A stretch of DNA of 64,000 bases from Fibrobacteria bacterium (GCA_050294405.1 JBNKOC010000022.1:1-64000); one strand, 5' to 3'; shown: positions 47,619 to 57,933, numbered from the stretch's first letter. Notes: generated by a model from the letters alone, not told the origin. A program made the numbers and translations.

Positions 47619-48328
47619 TTATGTCAAAAATACCAAGATCTTTTTTAATCATATTTCCGACCCTCATATTTTTCTTTATGTTGGCGGTAATATTTTTCGC
47701 CTTGTCCAGCCCCGATACTAGTACAGCACATAACTTAAATCCAACCTTAACATGGAAAGAACAAAAAAGGCTACTAAGCGAGGGTGCTCAATACAGCCCC
47801 ATCAAAAATAATGGAACTGCAGATACAAGCCTTCCCCAAGTGGAAACTCGAAAACTCAGCCAGTTTTTTTCAAGGAGAGCCTATAATGGGGCCCCACCAA
47901 TAATCCCTCATCCTGTCAATAACCCTAATGGATTAGGCGAAGGGGATTGTTTAGCCTGCCATGAAAAGGGAGGCTATGCACAAAGTTTTAAGGCCTGGGT
48001 ACCCAAAACGCCCCATCCTCAGTGGAAATATTGCCGCCAATGCCACGCACTTCCCACCAGCGAGGACCGTTTTGTACCTAGCAACTGGGTCCAATTTTCT
48101 CAATTAAGAAAATCCCAACCCGCCTTAAAAGGAAGTCCGCCTCCTATACCTCATGAAATACAATATCGGGAAAATTGCTCAAGCTGCCATACCGGAGCAG
48201 GAGCGCTTAAAGAAATCCGTACCACCCACCCGGAGCGAGTCCAATGCCGCCAATGCCATGCTCTGCAAAGTCCACTGGACCCACCTGATTTTGTGTCCGT
48301 ATTTCAACCAGAGGGGAATATACCATGA
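47615..48328 (+). CDS. NapB-like tetraheme cytochrome c (duplicated diheme module)
   Basis: RAY.GAPP.IPH motif; CLACH, CRQCH, CSSCH and CRQCH; N-terminal hydrophobic anchor. Confidence 0.85.
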   Translation: MIMSKIPRSFLIIFPTLIFFFMLAVIFFALSSPDTSTAHNLNPTLTWKEQKRLLSEGAQYSPIKNNGTADTSLPQVETRKLSQFFSRRAYNGAPPIIPHPVNNPNGLGEGDCLACHEKGGYAQSFKAWVPKTPHPQWKYCRQCHALPTSEDRFVPSNWVQFSQLRKSQPALKGSPPPIPHEIQYRENCSSCHTGAGALKEIRTTHPERVQCRQCHALQSPLDPPDFVSVFQPEGNIP

Positions 48329-48942
48329 CAGCTCGTCCCCTTTATCTAGCCCTATTTTCCGTTTTATATTTATTTTCTTGTAAACAACATCCTGCCGAGC
48401 ACAAAAACATTAACCATGTTCTCGCTAAAAAGAGCGTTTCCCAAAGCGATCTTCCCAGGGAATTCGCAGAACATATTTCCACAAAAGAAACCCATGTACT
48501 GAAGGATTCCCTTAAAAATATTGAATTATTAATTGCCAATCGGGAACAAAAGATTTCCAGGTTTCCATGCTCAGATTGCCATAACCCCGATAAGCAACTT
48601 TCTCAATTGGAAAACCCTCATAAAGAAATAATCCTCAATCACGGAAATAATGGCAAGGTTACAAGCTGCCAAAATTGCCACGGTGAAAAAACCAATAAAG
48701 CAAGCCTTTACTCTCTGGAAGGCGAAAATATTTCTTATAACCATGTTTATGAACTCTGCGGACAATGCCATTACAAAGCCCAAAGAGATTGGGTGGGCGG
48801 CAGCCACGGGAAAAGATTGTCCGGATGGGGAGAAAAAAGGGTACAACAGAATTGTACCGGATGCCACAATCCACACTCCCCTTTGATGCCGCACAAATGG
48901 CCGGTAATTCAACCACAATCTCACGAGGTTGCCCATGACTAA
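48325..48942 (+). CDS. tetraheme cytochrome c lipoprotein
   Basis: Lipobox LFSC; CSDCH, CQNCH, CGQCH and CTGCHNPH. Confidence 0.85.
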   Translation: MTARPLYLALFSVLYLFSCKQHPAEHKNINHVLAKKSVSQSDLPREFAEHISTKETHVLKDSLKNIELLIANREQKISRFPCSDCHNPDKQLSQLENPHKEIILNHGNNGKVTSCQNCHGEKTNKASLYSLEGENISYNHVYELCGQCHYKAQRDWVGGSHGKRLSGWGEKRVQQNCTGCHNPHSPLMPHKWPVIQPQSHEVAHD

Positions 48943-50011
48943 TATACTATCCTCACCCGATAAAGATGGAGCCATGGCAAAAAGGGAGCTTTTTAAAAAA
49001 TGGTTTGGCCATTTATTCCCCGAACTCCCTGGACAAAAGCCGAGCTCAACATGTTCCTGCGCTGGTTCAACGGACACTTCCTGTCCATCTTCAGAAGAAG
49101 TAGAGCTCAATCGCCGCCAGGCTCTGACAACAATGGCCGGTTTTTTAGGGGGGGCTACACTAACTCTTGCGGCCCCCAATTTGAACGGAGCCACAACCGA
49201 AGAAGAAAAAAGCCTCCGTTTTGATGAATATTTCCGGAAAAACTACCGGGAAATGTCCCAACAGGAAAAGATGCAAACCATTGAGCGGCTGGAACGTTTA
49301 TCTCAAATTAAGTACGGCGTCAATGCGCAAATTTCCTCCCAAGAGGCCAAAAAAAATGTTCTGTTTGGTTACGCCTTTAACATATCCAAATGCAAGGGAT
49401 ACATGGAATGCGTTTCAGCCTGTGTAAAAGAAAATAACCAGGATAGAAACAGCAACTTGCAATACATTACTATCCATGAAATGGAAAACGGAAACATGCA
49501 GCTCCATAGCAGCAATAAACAAATTGTCCACGAAGTCCCTCTTGATGGCCATTTTTATATGGGCACCCAATGTTTCCATTGTGAAAATCCGCCTTGTACC
49601 AAGGTTTGCCCTGTGGGTGCTACCTGGAAAGAAGAAGATGGAATTGTAGTTGTAGATTACGACTGGTGTATTGGTTGCAGGTATTGTGAGGCCGCCTGCC
49701 CATATTTTGGCCGCAGATTCAATTGGGCGGAACCTCAAATTCCAAAAGAAGAAATGAATCCCACACAACATTATCTTGGAAACCGCCCCCGTTCTAAAGG
49801 AGTTATGGAAAAATGCACCTTTTGTATCCAGCGCAGCCGGGACGGCAAAAATCCAGCCTGTGTGGAAGCCTGTCCAACGGGAGCCAGGGTATTCGGAAAC
49901 CTGCTGGACCCAAATAGTGAAATCAGATACATATTGGAAAATAAAAAAGTTTTCCGCCTCAAAGAAGAACTCGGAACAGAACCGAAATTTTGGTATTACA
50001 TGGATGGCTAA
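48935..50011 (+). CDS. Tat-exported 4Fe-4S ferredoxin (NrfC/DsrO-like)
   Basis: Internal RRQAL twin-arginine motif; CKGYMECVSAC, CFHC..PPC..VCP, CIGCRYC.AACPY and KCTFC..PACVEACP. ATG at 48935 follows GAGG. Confidence 0.9.
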   Translation: MTNILSSPDKDGAMAKRELFKKWFGHLFPELPGQKPSSTCSCAGSTDTSCPSSEEVELNRRQALTTMAGFLGGATLTLAAPNLNGATTEEEKSLRFDEYFRKNYREMSQQEKMQTIERLERLSQIKYGVNAQISSQEAKKNVLFGYAFNISKCKGYMECVSACVKENNQDRNSNLQYITIHEMENGNMQLHSSNKQIVHEVPLDGHFYMGTQCFHCENPPCTKVCPVGATWKEEDGIVVVDYDWCIGCRYCEAACPYFGRRFNWAEPQIPKEEMNPTQHYLGNRPRSKGVMEKCTFCIQRSRDGKNPACVEACPTGARVFGNLLDPNSEIRYILENKKVFRLKEELGTEPKFWYYMDG

Positions 50012-51224
50012 CATGAAAAATATTTTCCACTTTATTAAAGATTCTTTTTTCTATTCACTCAATGGAAGTTGGAAATACCATGTATGGATGGGTATTTTAT
50101 CTGCCATCATGGCATTTGGTTTCTACAATTACCTGATTCAATTACGAGATGGCCTACAGGTCACCGGAATGAGAGATATTGTGAGCTGGGGGCTTTACAT
50201 ATCCAACTTCACTTTTTTGGTGGGTCTTGCGGCCGCGGCAGTTATGATTGTTTTACCCTCCTATATTTTAAAGGATGTGTCCTTCCATAGGGCTGTGCTG
50301 GTGGGTGAAGGGGTTGCCGTGGGAGCTTTGGTTATGTGTTTAGCTTTTGTTACCGTGGATTTAGGAAGCCCAGAACGTGTTTGGCATATGATTCCAGGTA
50401 TAGGGTATTTTAACTGGCCCAATTCCATGCTGACCTGGGATGTATTGGTGCTTAATGGCTACCTGGCCTTAAATCTTTTAATACCCGCTTACATATTATT
50501 CAGACACTATAATGGAAAAGAACCGGACAAAAAAAAATACCTCCCCTTTGTCATCATATCTGTTTTTTGGGCCGTAAGCATTCACTTAGTCACCGCTTTT
50601 TTATATGCCGGACTTCCTGCCCGACCATATTGGCATAACGCTCTTTTAGGACCCCGCTTTTTAGCTTCGGCCTTTGCTGCTGGTCCGGCTTTTATTGTGG
50701 TGGTTCTGGCTATTATCAATAAATTTACCGATTACAAAATTGGCAAGGAAACATTTGGAAAATTATCTCTGGTCATAACCATTGCCGCTCAAATAAATCT
50801 GATTATGTTAGGCTCCGAGTTATTTAAGGAATTTTATCATCCCACCGAACACAGCGCCAGCGCGGCCTATTTATTTTTCGGGCTGGAAGGCCACAATGGC
50901 TTGGTGTATTGGATTTGGACAGCCATTATAACAAATATCATCATAACCATTGGCCTTACTATACATCCTATTCGCAATAACCCCAAACTCCTTTACTTAG
51001 GATCCGGCCTATTGTTTTTAAGCATTTGGGCGGAAAAAGGAATGGGCTTGATTATTCCCGGTTTTATTCCTGGCCCTTGGGGACAAGTAGTGGATTATTT
51101 CCCCAGCCAGGTAGAGATTTCCGTAACTGCGGGCATTTGGGCTTTGGGATTTTTTGTACTAACACTGCTTATTCGGATAGCCATTCCCATTGAATTGGGC
51201 AAATTGAGAAATCCGGGTTTATAA
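50004..51224 (+). CDS. NrfD/PsrC/DsrP-family quinol-interacting membrane subunit
   Basis: GL.VTGM.D.VSWGLYI.NF.F.VG.AA, VDLG.PER, S.L.WD and HLVTAFLY motifs. The true start is 50004 or 50013, not 49776. Confidence 0.9.
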   Translation: MANMKNIFHFIKDSFFYSLNGSWKYHVWMGILSAIMAFGFYNYLIQLRDGLQVTGMRDIVSWGLYISNFTFLVGLAAAAVMIVLPSYILKDVSFHRAVLVGEGVAVGALVMCLAFVTVDLGSPERVWHMIPGIGYFNWPNSMLTWDVLVLNGYLALNLLIPAYILFRHYNGKEPDKKKYLPFVIISVFWAVSIHLVTAFLYAGLPARPYWHNALLGPRFLASAFAAGPAFIVVVLAIINKFTDYKIGKETFGKLSLVITIAAQINLIMLGSELFKEFYHPTEHSASAAYLFFGLEGHNGLVYWIWTAIITNIIITIGLTIHPIRNNPKLLYLGSGLLFLSIWAEKGMGLIIPGFIPGPWGQVVDYFPSQVEISVTAGIWALGFFVLTLLIRIAIPIELGKLRNPGL

Positions 51225-51253
51225 AACGAAAATTTTCTGGATTCTGGTTAAAC

Positions 51254-51282
51254 AAACATGGGAAACTCAGCTCCCCATGTTT
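51254..51282. terminator. hairpin terminator between the nap operon and the convergent redoxin gene
   Basis: AAACATGGG-loop-CCCATGTTT. Confidence 0.6.
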
Positions 51283-51289
51283 ATGACTT

Positions 51290-51925
51290 CTATAATCTTT
51301 TTATGGAACAGCCGATAGATTTGGTACTGGCTGTTTTGATGTCGTCGCCTTTGGATAGGGCCATAATAGCGTTTTTCAAATAACTTTCCTTAACATCTGC
51401 TTCGCTTTTGGAATTATCATCAATAGCTCCCTTATATACCAGTTTTAAATCTTTATCAAATAAAAAGGTTTCCGGTGTGCGTGTCGCCCCAAAAGCATCC
51501 GCCAGTTTATGGTCTTTATCCACAGCATAGGCAAATAAAGGCTTACCGGATTTATCCAAATAACCGTTTTCTTTAGCATGGCTTTTCATATCATCCAGGC
51601 TTTCTCCCCCATCCCTTCTGGCCTCATTGGAATTCAACATAATAATTCCAATGTTCGCTTCTTTCGCTTTGGAGGCTAGTTCGGGATAACGCCCCTCCCA
51701 GGCGCGAACATAGGGACAGGTATTACAACTAAAAACCACTAACAAGCCATTTTCTCTTTTGGCGCTGGAAAGAGACAACTCTGAACCGGAAATATCTTTA
51801 AATTTTGCATCTAACATCGGGGCCTTTGAGCCCAGTGAAAGGGATTCTATGTTCCCCCCGAAACCCGATTGCAGCATGAACATAACCAGGACAAATGGCG
51901 CCCATTTATTAAAAAAAACTCTCAT
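51290..51925 (-). CDS. periplasmic thioredoxin-fold (AhpC/TSA-like) redoxin
   Basis: Signal peptide; FSCNTCPYV, FGATRTPE.F, Y.GAIDD and GCSIK motifs. Confidence 0.9.
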   Translation of the reverse strand: MRVFFNKWAPFVLVMFMLQSGFGGNIESLSLGSKAPMLDAKFKDISGSELSLSSAKRENGLLVVFSCNTCPYVRAWEGRYPELASKAKEANIGIIMLNSNEARRDGGESLDDMKSHAKENGYLDKSGKPLFAYAVDKDHKLADAFGATRTPETFLFDKDLKLVYKGAIDDNSKSEADVKESYLKNAIMALSKGDDIKTASTKSIGCSIKRL

Positions 51926-51937
51926 AACATTCCCCTT

Positions 51938-52453
51938 TTATTGAGACAAAGTGATTCTAATGTACTTTTCAAACTCCTCTTTACTCTGACCGCCTTCCAT
52001 TGCCATGACTTGCTTTCCCTTTTTACTGAAAAACATGGTATATGGCAATGCTCCAGACCAGCTTTCGGGCATGGACTTCAAAAACTCCTGTTCTGTTTCC
52101 ACATTTAAATAACTGACATCCATCATGCTCTGGCCATGGAGGAACTTGAGTGCATTTTCCCGGGAATTTTCAAAATCAAAGGAAACAAAAATAAACTCCA
52201 CTTTATCCTTGTACTTAGCTTTTAATTCCATTAAATGGGGAAACTCCTCCACACATGGCAGACACCAACTGGCCCAAAAATTAACCAACACAGATTTTTG
52301 GTTTTGGTGGTGTTTTACCAGTTCCCAAAACTTTGCGCTGTTTATATCCAGCAATTGGGGAAAATCATTTTTGGCTAATGCACCCTCATAAAAGACAAAA
52401 CACAAAAGCACCATTTTCATTTTCAAAAAGCTGTACTTCATAAGCAACTGCAA
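51938..52453 (-). CDS. TlpA-like thiol-disulfide oxidoreductase
   Basis: VNFWASWCLPCVEEFP and WSGALP motifs. Confidence 0.9.
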   Translation of the reverse strand: MQLLMKYSFLKMKMVLLCFVFYEGALAKNDFPQLLDINSAKFWELVKHHQNQKSVLVNFWASWCLPCVEEFPHLMELKAKYKDKVEFIFVSFDFENSRENALKFLHGQSMMDVSYLNVETEQEFLKSMPESWSGALPYTMFFSKKGKQVMAMEGGQSKEEFEKYIRITLSQ

Positions 52454-52522
52454 CTTGTTCCAGGTAATATTAAATTAAAGTTTTTAAGAGTTTCAGGTTA
52501 GTGGCAGCTTATTAAACGAACC

Positions 52523-53437
52523 CTATTTGGTCTCTTTTAATAACCTAAACAATTCCAGGGATGCCTCAATTTCCACTTTTCGGATGGCCACGCTTTCCAC
52601 ATTAAATCCAATGGGTATTTTTTTAGATTTGGCGAAGCGATAGAGCGCTTTCCAGTTTTTAATGCAAAGCTCCGTAGAACTTCTTAGAATATCCCCGGAA
52701 TGCAAAAGCTCATTTTCCAACCAGCGCGGTATTTGTATCCCAAGCCACTTCATAAACTCCAGGGTTTTAGGGGAACCGCAGGGGGTAAAGGTAAATATGA
52801 TAGGAACCAGAGGAATTTTCCTGGTTAAGGACTCATAATAATAATCGGATAAAAAGTTAAGAGAGGCCTGGCTATCGTATACTCCCTGGGAAATAAAAAA
52901 GCCGCAGCCCCTTTCAATTTTTTTAAGAACCCGAATATGTTCATCCTGCTTTTTAACATGCCGCTCTGGTATAACCACCCCACCCAAAAGCGCCTGGGGG
53001 TATTGGCTATTCCTTAATTTGTAAGCTTCTTCTATGTTAAGCTTAATTTTTTCACGGGAGGAGGGGGCCCCCACAAATACCGCGGCATTTTGATTTTCTT
53101 CTGTTTGTTGTTTTAAAAAATCCGCCAACTCGCGTTCGGAATATTTGCCAACAGAGCGGTAAATAATTTTGGGAATTTTTAAATCCTGTAAATAATCCCC
53201 ACTGTATTGTTGAGGATTCCAGGTTTCCACATAGGGAAAAGGCCGCTCCACTTCGGTGCGGGAGCTTTCATCCTGCAAGTCGTAAAGGATAAGGCCATCT
53301 GCCTCAATAGACCGGGCCCTATGTATTTGACGCTTGGCTATCTCCTCTAATTTTTCTGGCGGGGTTCCGAGTTTAGGAGGGGTTAAACCATATAAAGCGA
53401 TTCCTCCCTGCCTGTTTTTTATCTTTGTTATAAGCAT
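52523..53437 (-). CDS. methylenetetrahydrofolate reductase-like (FAD-linked oxidoreductase fold) protein
   Basis: YGLTPPK, YDLQDE..R...RPFP, GGV.IPERH, FFISQ.VY and FMKWLGI motifs. Confidence 0.75.
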   Translation of the reverse strand: MLITKIKNRQGGIALYGLTPPKLGTPPEKLEEIAKRQIHRARSIEADGLILYDLQDESSRTEVERPFPYVETWNPQQYSGDYLQDLKIPKIIYRSVGKYSERELADFLKQQTEENQNAAVFVGAPSSREKIKLNIEEAYKLRNSQYPQALLGGVVIPERHVKKQDEHIRVLKKIERGCGFFISQGVYDSQASLNFLSDYYYESLTRKIPLVPIIFTFTPCGSPKTLEFMKWLGIQIPRWLENELLHSGDILRSSTELCIKNWKALYRFAKSKKIPIGFNVESVAIRKVEIEASLELFRLLKETK

Positions 53438-53586
53438 AATTAGAATTTTACCTGTGAAAAATACTATTCTGACTGCGGATTCAAAGCCAGATGATTTTCA
53501 GAAGTTATTATTTTTAAGGCAAAACAATTAAGATTGTGTGACAATTTTGAAACACAATTTTCATTTGAATTGGAAAAGAGGATTTT

Positions 53587-54885
53587 GTGGCTAAAAATAA
53601 ATATGCCGACCAACTGTTGAAATATATTGAGCTTTCCCCCACCCCCTACCACGCTGTGGAAAATGCAGTTGCAGAACTTAAAAACTCTGGATATAGCGAA
53701 CTCAAAGAAAAAGAAAGTTGGAAGTTGGAAAATGGAAAGGGTTATTTTGTTACCAGAAATGGTTCCAGCGTTGCGGCCTTTTGCATTCCTCCAAAACAAA
53801 TAAAACAAGTCGCCTTTAATATAATAGGAGCCCATACCGATAGCCCTTGCCTTAAATTAAAACCCAAGGCCGCCCAAAGTGTTTTTGATTACAAACAATG
53901 GAGAATTGAAGTATACGGAGGGGCTCTTTGGCACAGCTGGCTGGATAGAGATTTAGGCCTTGCTGGCCAATTGTGTTATTCCAAAAATGGCAAAGCCCTA
54001 ACCAAGACTGTTAATTTAAATACATCCAATATCCGTATTCCCAATGTTGCCATCCATATCAACCGTACAGTAAACGAAGAAGGCCTAAAAATTACGCCCC
54101 AAACTGAGTTGACTCCCATTTTTGGTCTAGGAAAAAGCACGGGGGAACAGCTAAAGCAGGAGCTATTTACATCTCTGGGCCTTAGCCCTGCCGATGCAAA
54201 AAGTGTGGAATCTTTTGATTTAAGATTATACGACAACATCCCTCCCAGCTATGGAGGCCTTAAAGATGAATTTATTTATGCTCCCCGCCTGGACAACCTT
54301 GCCATGAGCCACGCCGCCCTCACAGCACTCTTAGAAGCTAAATCCAAAAGCGCCGAAAAAATTTCTGCTATTATGCTTTTTGATCACGAGGAAGTGGGCA
54401 GCGGTTCCACCGCCGGAGCGGCTTCCAATTTTTTAAACCATACTTTGGAACGCATTATTTCCAGCCTGGGATTTTCCCGGGAAGAATATTTTATGGCCCT
54501 GGCCCAATCTTTTATTATTTCTGCAGATATGGCTCATGCGGTCCATCCCAATTATAGCGGCAAACACGACCCTGACCACGCCCCTGTTTTGAATAAAGGC
54601 CCTGTAATTAAACACAACGCCAACCAGCGTTATGCCACCAGCCACGAAACAGCAGCTAAAATTTTGAACCTGGCAAAAAAGTCCAAAGTTCCACTACAGG
54701 AGTTTGCTGGCCACTCCAATATTCCCTGCGGCACCACCATTGGCCCTATTAGCTCCAGTTTATCGGGCATTCCCACTGTGGATTTGGGAAACCCCATGCT
54801 TTCCATGCATTCGGCAAGGGAAATGGCTGGGTCCGCAGATGGGGAGCTTATCCTTAAGTTGTTCAAGCAATTTTTCAATTCTTAA
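53587..54885 (+). CDS. apeB: M18 aspartyl aminopeptidase
   Basis: SPTPYHAV, GAHTDSP, RLDNL, FDHEEVGS, ISADMAHAVHPNY and LSMHSARE motifs. Confidence 0.93.
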   Translation: MAKNKYADQLLKYIELSPTPYHAVENAVAELKNSGYSELKEKESWKLENGKGYFVTRNGSSVAAFCIPPKQIKQVAFNIIGAHTDSPCLKLKPKAAQSVFDYKQWRIEVYGGALWHSWLDRDLGLAGQLCYSKNGKALTKTVNLNTSNIRIPNVAIHINRTVNEEGLKITPQTELTPIFGLGKSTGEQLKQELFTSLGLSPADAKSVESFDLRLYDNIPPSYGGLKDEFIYAPRLDNLAMSHAALTALLEAKSKSAEKISAIMLFDHEEVGSGSTAGAASNFLNHTLERIISSLGFSREEYFMALAQSFIISADMAHAVHPNYSGKHDPDHAPVLNKGPVIKHNANQRYATSHETAAKILNLAKKSKVPLQEFAGHSNIPCGTTIGPISSSLSGIPTVDLGNPMLSMHSAREMAGSADGELILKLFKQFFNS

Positions 54886-55188
54886 ATCGGATCCCGACTT
54901 GATGTAGCACTTATAATCAAAAAGGGCTTTCCAGGCTTCATTAAGCTTGAATTCGCTTCGGTTCCTCTTACCGCAGCTTGCCTAAGCCACCATTTATAAG
55001 CCTAAAGCTTGTCCTTGGTCTGGTTTAATTAAACCTAGGAAAGGCGCCCACGGGTGCTAAATAGCGAACTGATAATAAAATTTTTGGAACAGCCCCCAAA
55101 AATCATTCGCCAATTAGACAATTCATCCCACTCCTTGTCACTGCCTAACAATTCGACTATATATTGATTTTCACAAAATTCGGGGAGT

Positions 55189-56481
55189 TTGCAAATGGTC
55201 AAAAAACCACTGTTTTGGTTAGGGTTGTTGTTTTTTTCAAATGTTTGTTTTGCGGAAGATAGCCTGGATTCAGGAGATACAGCCTGGATGATGGGCAGTA
55301 CCGCCTTGGTTTTATTTATGATACCTGGCCTTGCCCTTTTTTACGGGGGAATGGTGCGCTCCAAAAACATTCTCGCCACCTTAATGCATTCAGTTATTGC
55401 CATGGGTGTTATGGCGCTCCAATGGATAGTCATTGGTTACTCGCTGGCATTTGGAGAGGGCAACGCAATCATTGGCGATTTTTCTCATTTCTTGTTAGGT
55501 GGGATTGGCCCCGATAGCATCAATGGCACAATTCCCACATATGTATGGGTGGCTTTTCAGGGCACATTCGCCTGCATTACACCCGCCCTTATAGCAGGTG
55601 CCTTTGCAGAACGGATTAAATTTTCCAGCTACATTATTTTTATCCTTCTCTGGGGAACTTTTGTATACGACCCTGTTTGCCACTGGGTTTGGGCCTCCAA
55701 CGGCTGGCTCTTTAAGGACGGAGCCATTGATTTTGCCGGAGGAACTGTGGTGCATATTATATCTGGTATTGCCGGTTTAATGGGCGCTATTATTTTGGGA
55801 AAAAGAATGGGATTTCCCCACCAACCCCTGCTTCCTCACAATTTGGTATACACGGTTTTAGGCGCAGGCATACTGTGGTTTGGCTGGTTTGGATTTAACG
55901 CGGGCTCTGCTGTGGCGGCCAATACTTCTGCGGGACTCGCCTTTATCAACACCTTTGCCGGGCCTGCCGCTGGTATGATTGGCTGGCTGTTGGCCGAATA
56001 TTTCCATCTGGGAAAACCAAGTACTTTGGGCGCGGCTTCGGGTATTGTGGCTGGGTTAGTGGCTGTAACTCCCGCTGCGGGAAGCGTGCAACCCGGCTCC
56101 GCCATTATCTTAGGGTTAATCACCGCTTCTGTATGTTACTTGTTTGTGACTTTAAAACACAAATTTGGTTACGATGATTCCCTGGATGCTTTCGGAGTTC
56201 ACGGCGTTGGCGGAACTGTAGGAGCCCTTGGCTGCGGCTTTTTCGCCTCCGTGGGATACAACTCCGTATTTTTTCCCCATTCTGTGGCCGATGGGGTTTC
56301 GGGCTTCTCCCAGCTTTGGATTCAAATTAAAAGTGTGTTGGCCACAGGAGCTTATTCCGCTGTGGTTAGCAGCTTAATAATTTTCATTCTTATTAAAACA
56401 GTGGGCTTTAGGGTGGATGAAGATTCTGAAGCCAAGGGACTGGATATCACCCAACACGGCGAATCGGGCTACAACTCCTAA
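55189..56481 (+). CDS. amtB: ammonium transporter
   Basis: GDTAW, PGLALFYGG, DFAGGTVVH, LWFGWFGFNAGS and DDSLDAFGVHG motifs. Candidate promoter TTGTCA-N17-TATATA at 55135-55163. Confidence 0.97.
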   Translation: MQMVKKPLFWLGLLFFSNVCFAEDSLDSGDTAWMMGSTALVLFMIPGLALFYGGMVRSKNILATLMHSVIAMGVMALQWIVIGYSLAFGEGNAIIGDFSHFLLGGIGPDSINGTIPTYVWVAFQGTFACITPALIAGAFAERIKFSSYIIFILLWGTFVYDPVCHWVWASNGWLFKDGAIDFAGGTVVHIISGIAGLMGAIILGKRMGFPHQPLLPHNLVYTVLGAGILWFGWFGFNAGSAVAANTSAGLAFINTFAGPAAGMIGWLLAEYFHLGKPSTLGAASGIVAGLVAVTPAAGSVQPGSAIILGLITASVCYLFVTLKHKFGYDDSLDAFGVHGVGGTVGALGCGFFASVGYNSVFFPHSVADGVSGFSQLWIQIKSVLATGAYSAVVSSLIIFILIKTVGFRVDEDSEAKGLDITQHGESGYNS

Positions 56482-57914
56482 TTTGCCTCTTTTATTTTAA
56501 GCAATAATTTTCCAAGACGCCTCCTGAAATCCGGGGGGCGTTTTGCGTTATTAATCGCCACATAAAAGCATAAAATTTTCCCTCCATTGTTTTGAAGATA
56601 GCCCCCGGCGCTGGATACCGTTTTCATGTACCCGGTTTTTATCCATAACTTATTTTGTAGCTCGGAATGAAAGCTCTTTATGGCATTAACATCATTTTTA
56701 TTTCCCCCCAGAAAAAGGGCTGCCAAATTGTTTTTTTCTCCCTCTTTCCAAACCTTAATTAAGGATTCTGTAAAACTCGCTCCTGACACATAGTTTAAAG
56801 GGGAAAGGCCGCAGGCATCTAAAAAAGACCCTTGGATAGGCAGTTTATTCTCTTCCAACAAGGCCTCAAGCTTTTCTCCGGAATATTTTTGGGAATTTTC
56901 AGGATGCTTTTTATTGTAGGCCAAATGAAGCAGCTGTTCAGCATATACATTATCGCTTTTTACCAATATATGGCGAACAACTTCTGAAAGAGCCGGGGAT
57001 TTTTGACTGTATATTATTTTCCCCTGAGTGTTATTATCAGTTTTGCAGCTCTTTCCAGAAACTTTTATTCCCTTATTATTTAAAAAAGCTTCCCATTCTT
57101 TTACAAAGCTGTACTTTGGGGAAGGAAGAGCCCCTTCGATTTTAAATTCTTTTTTGCCTGCAGGATAACTTCCCCTTATTTCCCAGATTCCGTTTACTTT
57201 TCCTGGAAATAAATAAGCCTCATCCCTGGAGCCGGGAGCGGATGTTTTTGCATAAATTTTAAAATCGGAAATATTTACAAAAGAAGGCTCTGTTCTGATA
57301 AATTTGATTGGCCTATTTTCTTTAGAAGAGCCTTCCAAAAAAACTTTGAATCTGTTATCTCTATATATAAAGCCGCCGGCAGCAGCCCCATAGTAATTTC
57401 CCGCATCTTCATATAGGGCATAAGGATTCGGGATGTTACTAGCCTCAGGGACACTAACATCTAAACAACCCCCAATGCCGTTTATTTTTAATTCCGTTAT
57501 TTTTTCAAAACTCTTTTGAAAAAAATATTCCGGAGAATAGGCCTTTCCAAAAAAACGGGAGCCAAAAGCAGGATCCCCTTCGTAGGCAAGCCGCAAATCG
57601 CCTTGCAATACGGCCTTTTTTATTTCCCCAATATATTCCAATTTATTTTCAAATTGATGGGATGCTCCCAGATATTTTAAAGCGAGGTAGGCTGTTAAAA
57701 TTTTTTGCACGCTGGCTGGAGTGCTGTTTATGTTTGAGTTATGGGAATATATTTCCTTGCCGGAGTTTATATCTCGTACAGAAATACTGCAATGAGATTC
57801 GGGAGGACAAAAGTTTTGGGCTTCTTCTTCCAAAAGTAAGGTGGAATTTGGGGCCGCTACTAGAAAACCGGCCATAAAAAAAACAAAAAGGCCAAGCCTG
57901 GTAAAATTCATCAT
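56478..57914 (-). CDS. dacB: D-alanyl-D-alanine carboxypeptidase/endopeptidase (PBP4, S13)
   Basis: PASVQK (SxxK), GDP, SDN, D.CGLS and KTG motifs. Confidence 0.92.
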   Translation of the reverse strand: MMNFTRLGLFVFFMAGFLVAAPNSTLLLEEEAQNFCPPESHCSISVRDINSGKEIYSHNSNINSTPASVQKILTAYLALKYLGASHQFENKLEYIGEIKKAVLQGDLRLAYEGDPAFGSRFFGKAYSPEYFFQKSFEKITELKINGIGGCLDVSVPEASNIPNPYALYEDAGNYYGAAAGGFIYRDNRFKVFLEGSSKENRPIKFIRTEPSFVNISDFKIYAKTSAPGSRDEAYLFPGKVNGIWEIRGSYPAGKKEFKIEGALPSPKYSFVKEWEAFLNNKGIKVSGKSCKTDNNTQGKIIYSQKSPALSEVVRHILVKSDNVYAEQLLHLAYNKKHPENSQKYSGEKLEALLEENKLPIQGSFLDACGLSPLNYVSGASFTESLIKVWKEGEKNNLAALFLGGNKNDVNAIKSFHSELQNKLWIKTGYMKTVSSAGGYLQNNGGKILCFYVAINNAKRPPDFRRRLGKLLLKIKEAN

Positions 57915-57933
57915 GCTAACAAGCTAAAAATAT

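Noticed and set aside
49776..50003. N-terminal extension of the NrfD-like ORF
   Set aside because: It overlaps the ferredoxin gene by more than 200 nt, and family-like sequence begins after 50004.
54886..55060. Glutamine (glnA) riboswitch or small gene upstream of amtB
   Set aside because: The only weak CCGAAG-type similarity is on the wrong strand, and the open frame there has no start codon.
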